Assembly (NCBI GenBank): GCA_000320545.1
Contig: ADNK01000976.1
Coordinates: forward strand, 40,626-104,625
DNA length: 64,000 bases
Direction: 5' to 3'
Source of the DNA: Bigelowiella natans CCMP2755
Lineage: Eukaryota > Protista > Cercozoa
Made by a program: the position numbers and the translations under genes. This document shows positions 52,380-64,000 of this stretch, piece after piece. A model generated the notes under the pieces. That model was given only the letters and a program-made list of their open reading frames with translations. It did no database searches and was not told the DNA's origin. Position 1 is the first letter of the stretch. Each line of letters begins with the position of its first letter.

Positions 52380-53715
52380 ATTGAGTCCTAGTATTGCACA
52401 GGATGCACCTTGCCACATTCATCAAGAAAACAGACTTGACACTCGTTAATTCATTCATTCATTCAACACAAACCATCAATCATTCTTTTTTTCTGTGCAA
52501 TTAGCTCTTGATGATCCTCTCAGCTGCACTTCGGAACCACTGCCATTCGTGCTCCTCCGATTTCGCAGCCGCTTGAGACGAGTCCAGCTTGCTGGCACGT
52601 TCATCGAATCTTCTTTGAATGCCGAAGTGAACACGCACGCACGATTGGACTCATCAATCATGCAACCAATCATCGCTCGAGTGCACACCTCTGTTTGGCA
52701 CTCTCCTCACACACGTCCTGGATGTTCAGACGATGTCTGCTTCGCCCGCTCCCCAACTTTGTTTCTCGTTTTTTTCGGCACTTTGCACCTTGCAGCTCGT
52801 CCGCCACCCAGTTTGGCAGTGGTGAGTTGACAGTCGCTGCTGCCCGCCTAGCCGTGCTGGTGTGTCACTCGTGCTGAACGATTTGGTGATGCTGGCAGCG
52901 ATGGTGCAGTCTTGGCAGCAGTGTCAGGCGATTGGTGTCATCAGGTCTGTGTTGGGCACTGCTGGACTGGCGGGGCATGCTGCACGTGACAATGTGCCAG
53001 CAGTGCGTGCCAGAGTGTGGCATGCTGGGATGCCAGTGTGGGTGTGCCAGTGTGTGCTGATGTGTGCGGCATCGTCGCGTGCAGCCAGTAGCTGCTGTCA
53101 CTGCCACCATCACAGCAGTGCACGTGCCACCACATCATTGCGTGTCAGCTGCTGTGCTGCACGTGCGATGAGTGCAGTGCGTGCGCGATGCAGCAGGCTA
53201 GCAGGTGCAGATTCTGCGAGAGCAACCGCCACCAAATGATTCGCATTTCAATAAAATCACAAGCAACCCAACGCGATTGTGCCACTGCGCAATTGAGACC
53301 TCACTGCTAGCTCGTGCTAGCTAGCATGCCCGCGCAGCAGAAGCAGTCCATCATGCTAGCATGCAATGAGCCTGCTGGACATTCATTTGGAACTTCCGCA
53401 AACACTTCCAAGCAGATGGCATGCATGCCAACAAGCATCGCATCATGTGGCCTCGAATCGGTTTGCAGTGCATGCATGCACGACCAGCTGATTTGCTGGG
53501 CGTTGATGGAGAGCAATGTGCATGCGTGTGCACAAAATTACTTGTTCTTTGTCCGCACGCAGTGTTGTCAAAAACCATGACAGCATGACTTCATCAACAG
53601 TTCGTTTGTTTCCAAGAAAACAGATGCTGTGAACGCATTTTCAATGCAAAACTACATGAGTTTAGATCTACATGACGCACCAAGGATCACGCATGTGTTG
53701 TGAGACGTGAAGTCC
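52380..53715. other. TpA-depleted, TG/CA-saturated zone downstream of the NDK-AK gene
   Basis: Only 3 TA dinucleotides in 52561-53220 (660 nt), all within TAG; GCTAGCTAGCATGC at ~53316; CpG retained. Confidence 0.7.
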
Positions 53716-58910
<5,195 letters not shown>

Positions 58911-59479
58911 ATTGTCGATGTCAATGCTGTAGAGAATGAATCAATTAATTATTTGTATTTGGTCGATGTAGATACAGAGCCCTGACATATTCACTTTACA
59001 ATATGTAAACTCATGCCCATGTAGCTTCATTTACGAGAATGCAGACTTTATAGCTCTACATATAGCTCTAACACCCATAAATTCAGCTCTCCCCCCCTCA
59101 CCACCTAGGCGTTTCAACGAAGCGTTTCCCTCTCAACGTTTTTTAAGACTTAGTCTGATAGCTATCGGATACAATTGTAGAATGCGACATGGTTTCGAAC
59201 AAAATGTATCATAAATTAAGGTTGTTTTTCCCTTTTCTAAGGCTTTGTTTTCCGAATTTCCGAAATCACTGTCGAAGTCGGAAGTCTGATATCCCCGACA
59301 ACTGAAGGCCGAAATAATTTCGTGGCGAATGTTTTAGGGTCGATTTGGGTGCTGATACATTCCCTGTTCTGCGACATTAAATAAAATCATAAATTTAAAA
59401 AATTCTCTGTATTTGTGTCCAACAGAATTATTTTTCGGTTCCTAAGTCTTACGAGCACGGGTGGACTCCATTGGACACC
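58911..59479. promoter_or_regulatory. Bidirectional promoter region NDK-AK <> 7TM-like gene
   Basis: Divergent starts; TGCGACA at 59183-59189 and 59370-59376. Confidence 0.5.
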
Positions 59480-60332
59480 ATGGCTGGCGGCGGCTTGGTA
59501 CTCCTGTTAGTCCTATGGACTGCCCTCTACGCCATTGCGTGGATCATATCGTAAGACCTGTTTTCATTGAAATTAAAGTTTTTCTGCTGAGCTTTGCCCA
59601 TAGTCGGAGTCAAAGAGTAGTTAAAAAGAATCTCCCGCGCATATTTCTTAAATGCATGGTCCCATGATCTTTACCACAGAGCGAACAATATATTCAACAT
59701 CTACTCGCAATAATTTGACTCTTTTGTGCAGGTCTATTTTGCTCTATACCCAGCGCAATATCCAACCAGTAAAGCATTTGCTTAGTCCTAACCTTTTCGA
59801 CAGCGCCTCACACTGACACTGTTGTTGATATTTTTGCATCAGATCAAGTTCCGAGGGGCCGGGCTCGTATTTGTAATAACAGAAACATTTAATGGCAAAC
59901 TCAAAATAATAACTCCGATCCTGACATTTTGTTTTCTTCCGATGAAAATACTGCAATTTCGGTGATTCCTCCTCTGCCCGCCACGCCTTTAGATGAGTTC
60001 GTTCGGCTGCTTCATGCTAACGGCTTCACATTGCGCGACTTTCTTCCGAAGAGCGCACGGGTTTAATCGTGAGGTTACTACCTATAGTATATTTCTATGC
60101 ACGTTTTTTGCATCACTCCTCAAAGCTCTTTCTATCTCCCAGCGCTATTGTGCCGTCGCAGCGTGGATCGAGTGGATTTGCTATACGATGTTTCTCCTTC
60201 CCTACTACTTGAGGGTAGCTCGCGGTATTATCATCGACAGATGCGTGAGCAAGGTGCTATATAGCGAGCAGGCATTCGGGTGGGAGAAGTTGCTTGGCGA
60301 GGGCGTGGGAGTCACTAAGCGTTGGTTGTGGG

Positions 60333-60370
<38 letters not shown>

Positions 60371-60530
60371 TTTAATGCTGAAACACCGATGAATTTGCTG
60401 ATTCGTGTAAACCAAGCTGTGAGAAAGATTGACCATAATTATCAGGCTCTCGATAGTCGTCATGGTCGGTCCAACGGCACCACCAGAGATGCATACGACT
60501 CCCAGGTCATAAGTGGCATTGCATCTAAAT

Positions 60531-60579
<49 letters not shown>

Positions 60580-62683
60580 TAGATATATAATATAACATAA
60601 ATGACCAAACACTACCATGCGGAGTGTACAATTTATTGGCTCGCGATATGTGAATAGACCGGGGGTGGCGGGGACTGGCATGACTCGAGAGCCGTGTTCT
60701 CATCCCTGATGGAAGGGAATCGTGAAAGAAGGACGACGCCTGGCGATTTGATTGTAATAGTGATGATGAAGATGAGGATGATGATAATGATGATGATAAT
60801 GATGGCTTGATAGTGCGTTGTTCCACGCGTGTGTTGGTTGTTGAAAAGGCATGGGAAAGTCGAGCAGCTCCGAGAATTACTGAGGGGACCCTTCTCAAGA
60901 CTGCTTTTAGGGCAGTTTTCATTCTTGCAGGCATAAAGGTAGCAACGATGAAAACAATGCTAGTACACTTCTCGAAAGGAGGAGAAGACATCCCTTCTTC
61001 TTCTTCTTCTTCTTCTTCTTCTTCTTCTTCCTAGTACCGACCGATACAAGCGATTGCATCACCGGTGAAGAGCTTGGTTCTTGCGAATGGGTGGTTGATG
61101 GATATTGTTGTGACGCTGCTGCTCCTGCTGTGTTCTGCTTTCTGCCACTAGGTTCTAATCGACGCGATCATCTACTTTGTCATGGGGCATTCGTTTGGTC
61201 AGACGCCGTGTATCATTTTGATGATGATGATGATTTGCAATCCTCGTAAAGAATTACAACCCAAAATAACGACGGATGACGACGGTTCTTGTGCCAACGC
61301 ATTAATTGCGTACCGCCATCAGTCCCAAACGACAGACAGTGCATTGACACTTAAGTCGTTGGGCCAAATTCGTCGAGATCGCAGGATGAAGTTTCTTCTT
61401 TGTGTTGAAGTTTTGTGTTTTTGCAGCAGAAGAGGAAGAAGAAGAAGAAGAAGAAGAAGAAGAAGAAGAAGAAATTCTATTTTTTCTGTGTCTCGTTGTC
61501 GCGGATATGGAGAATCGTTTTGACGATGTTATTGACGAAAACAATATCAGGAGTCTATAGCGGTGACTACTGCGACGAAAGCTTGCTGGTGAGGACTGGC
61601 ATCTACACGGTATAATTCGAAGCAAAGTCGTCATGCTTACACAGCATCCTCGTCGTCGCCGTCATCATCATCATCATCATAATGGTTATGGTCGCTTTCA
61701 TTGTTGATATCATTACTATTACTCGCACTCTCATTAGTTAATCCATCTGGTGGAAACCTGCTTTTTGTATGCGATGGTCCGCACTTTGAAGGTACGATGA
61801 TGATAATGATGATGATAATGATGATGATAATGATACCCCATGTTGGCTGCCTGTTTCATACCGTGATGATGGGGAACAGCAGCAGCAGCAGTTGTAGTAG
61901 TAGCAATAGTGTAGTAGTCGTGGCCGTGCAATTGCTGTTCTTTGAGCGCTGTAAGACAGTAACAGGCGGTTGTCTTGCTGATTGGGAGTTTGTTATCTTC
62001 AGTCCGGTTGGATGGGGGGAAGGTTTTACCGGAAACAAGAGCTTGGCTTCTTCCTCGTACGTTGTGACACATATGTGCCACTGCCCTCCTCCTTCCATTT
62101 TGTTAAGGAAACATGGTTTCTCTTTTTTAAGACTATTTCTTCGTTCTTATTGGCAAGACGATTCTTCCAATAAACCCACAACAACAACAACAACAACAGA
62201 CAATATGGTTCATGGCGACGCTGGCGATGGGCATCGTTTCACTATGGGAATGGTAATGATGGACAATTTACACAACAACACCTCCAGTTTTCGACAGTGA
62301 AGAAAGATGATATGACTGTCAAGGCAAAGTTTCCCTACGGGGTTTTTCTACCCAGAAAAGTAACTATGCCGTATTATTTTATGGGAAGAAATGACAACTG
62401 AAGGAGTGCCGTCTCTGTGGAATCACCAACCACTCAGCATGATGTCGATGCAAACTCAAAACAAAATGTGAGAAATTTTCTAAAAACTCGAAAAATAACA
62501 AAGGTTTGTGCTTCAAAATAAATCAGGTTTCAGGGGCTGCCGTTGGGAAGCTTTCAGGACATCTGCCTTGGTAAGTTGTGTTAGTATAACGATACGGAAA
62601 GAACATGCAAAACCCAATTACTATATTTCTCCCAATGTCATCTTTTAACATTATAGTCGGTCTTGATGCTGTTTGGCTAATGT

Positions 62684-62719
<36 letters not shown>

Positions 62720-62804
62720 GACGATTATAGGGATCATGATGGTTAGAAATACGTTTGCTTTCATCATCTCGCAGATTTGGGTATTACCACACACACACAC
62801 ACAC

Positions 62805-62844
<40 letters not shown>

Positions 62845-62846
62845 GT

Positions 62847-62881
<35 letters not shown>

Positions 62882-63654
62882 GTTTTCGTGAAATCTCTCT
62901 TTCTCTCCTGCTAGTTGTATGATGACGATGCATGCATGGTGCTGTGTGTTTAATACACAGGTTGTGGTGCTTTCCTTCGATGGGGCTTTGGCGCAGAAGC
63001 ACGCGCTACCATTCTCTGGTAAAAGGAGCAGTCTCCACATTACCACGATCGATTGAACTATTGAAACAAAATCGATGACCCTCCTCTTGTTGCGACACGC
63101 ACACACACACACGGCAGTGTATCTACTTTATTATATTTATTTGCCATAATGAAACAATGATGATGATTGTGCTGCTTTCGAGCACATTTGCTCCTTTCCC
63201 TCCTCCTCCTCCTCATTTTCCCTCTTCCTCCTCTGCCCCATCACCAAACTGATCGATGGTGGAAATTGACCACTCTCACTACTCAGGGTGCCATTCGCTG
63301 ACGTCACTCTCCTCCGTACTGGGCGATATCAGCTGCATGCAATACTTCAGAGAGTAAGAACAACAATTTCATGCTGCCTCGTCGTCATCATCATCATCAT
63401 CATTTATCACGACCATCTCATCATTCTCATCATCATCATCTTATTATTATTATTATTATTCTTCTTCCTCAATACTCAGATATCTGATCTCACTCTCGCA
63501 AGTGGAGACGCTGTTGTGCTGGATGGAGATTGATTTGTACGTGTTATGATACTGCTGGTGCTGGTGCTGGTGTTTTTGTTTGCTTGTTGGTTTCTGATGA
63601 GATAACGCTATATACACGCACATACACCATCCTCATTCAAGAAGCTTGTAATGG

Positions 63655-63706
<52 letters not shown>

Positions 63707-64000
63707 CGTGCGCGCGCGCGCGCGCGGACTCTCCCCCCCACACTGATTGTGTGTTTGGGTTGGGCTGATTTCTAGATACATAGATATATACGCGCATAGC
63801 GAGAGTTAGACAGATCCTCGAGGTAGGTCAAACTCTTTCGTCCCTTGGGGGTAGGCACATCGAAATAAGTTATATGTACTTTTAATTAAGATAACAGGGA
63901 GGGAGGGAGAAAAAAGATGTGTGGCATACGCCACATCGCGCGCGCTTTTTATTCACCTTGGATCAATGTGTGTAAAACTAGATATGTGTGTGGGGGGGTG
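59480..64000 (+). CDS. Multi-pass membrane protein, probably 7TM receptor-like; 3' part incomplete or unresolved in this window
   Basis: MAGGGLVLLLVLWTALYAIAWIIS|SILLYTQRNIQP|IKFRGAGLVF|MSSFGCFML...CAVAAWIEWICYTMFLLPYYLRVAR. The TM1-R..QPIK.R-TM2 and C....W...PY.LR pattern recalls 7TM(-RGS) receptors. Downstream exons were not reliably assembled. Confidence 0.5.
62783..62880. repeat. Self-complementary compound microsatellite (CA)n-(TA)n-(TG)n
   Basis: ATTAC(CA)n AATA...TATT(GT)n GTAAT forms an inverted repeat. Confidence 0.85.
63658..63726. repeat. Compound (TC)n-(TG)n-(CG)n microsatellite
   Basis: Directly visible. Confidence 0.85.

Noticed and set aside
52560-53220. CpG-methylation decay or fungal RIP as cause of the TG/CA excess
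   Set aside because: CpG is still common and TpA is what is missing; RIP would increase TpA.

Overview
Gene-dense nuclear DNA from a ciliated, intron-rich unicellular eukaryote. It uses the standard code, has short mostly GT-AG introns and many microsatellites; a rhizarian/chlorarachniophyte origin is only my impression. Manual splicing gives 12 complete or near-complete genes, one 3'-truncated gene and one decayed gene. In order they are CCDC39(-), IFT27(+), a Zn-finger/WHIM3-like/ZZ/Sel1-repeat gene(-), an alkaline-ceramidase-like gene(+), RPB9(-), a Cys-rich-ectodomain cation/H+ antiporter(+), RPB3(-), a KMT2/Trithorax-like SET methyltransferase(+), kinesin-2(-), CFAP20DC(+), a STE20+MAP2K double kinase(-), a decayed AT-rich gene(-), an NDK-Dpy30-adenylate-kinase fusion(-) and a multi-pass 7TM-like gene(+, runs off the end). 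The most striking signal is architectural. Genes sit almost strictly as head-to-head pairs whose ~0.4-0.6 kb divergent spacers carry a recurring TGCGACA motif. All five tail-to-tail junctions, plus two other gene 3' flanks, contain a 0.5-1.3 kb zone of distinct sequence: CTAG and short-palindrome rich, TG/CA rich, with non-CTAG TpA locally almost erased. This suggests a dedicated and possibly mutagenic DNA-modification or termination mark at gene 3' ends. Exon boundaries and counts were done by eye and need computational confirmation.
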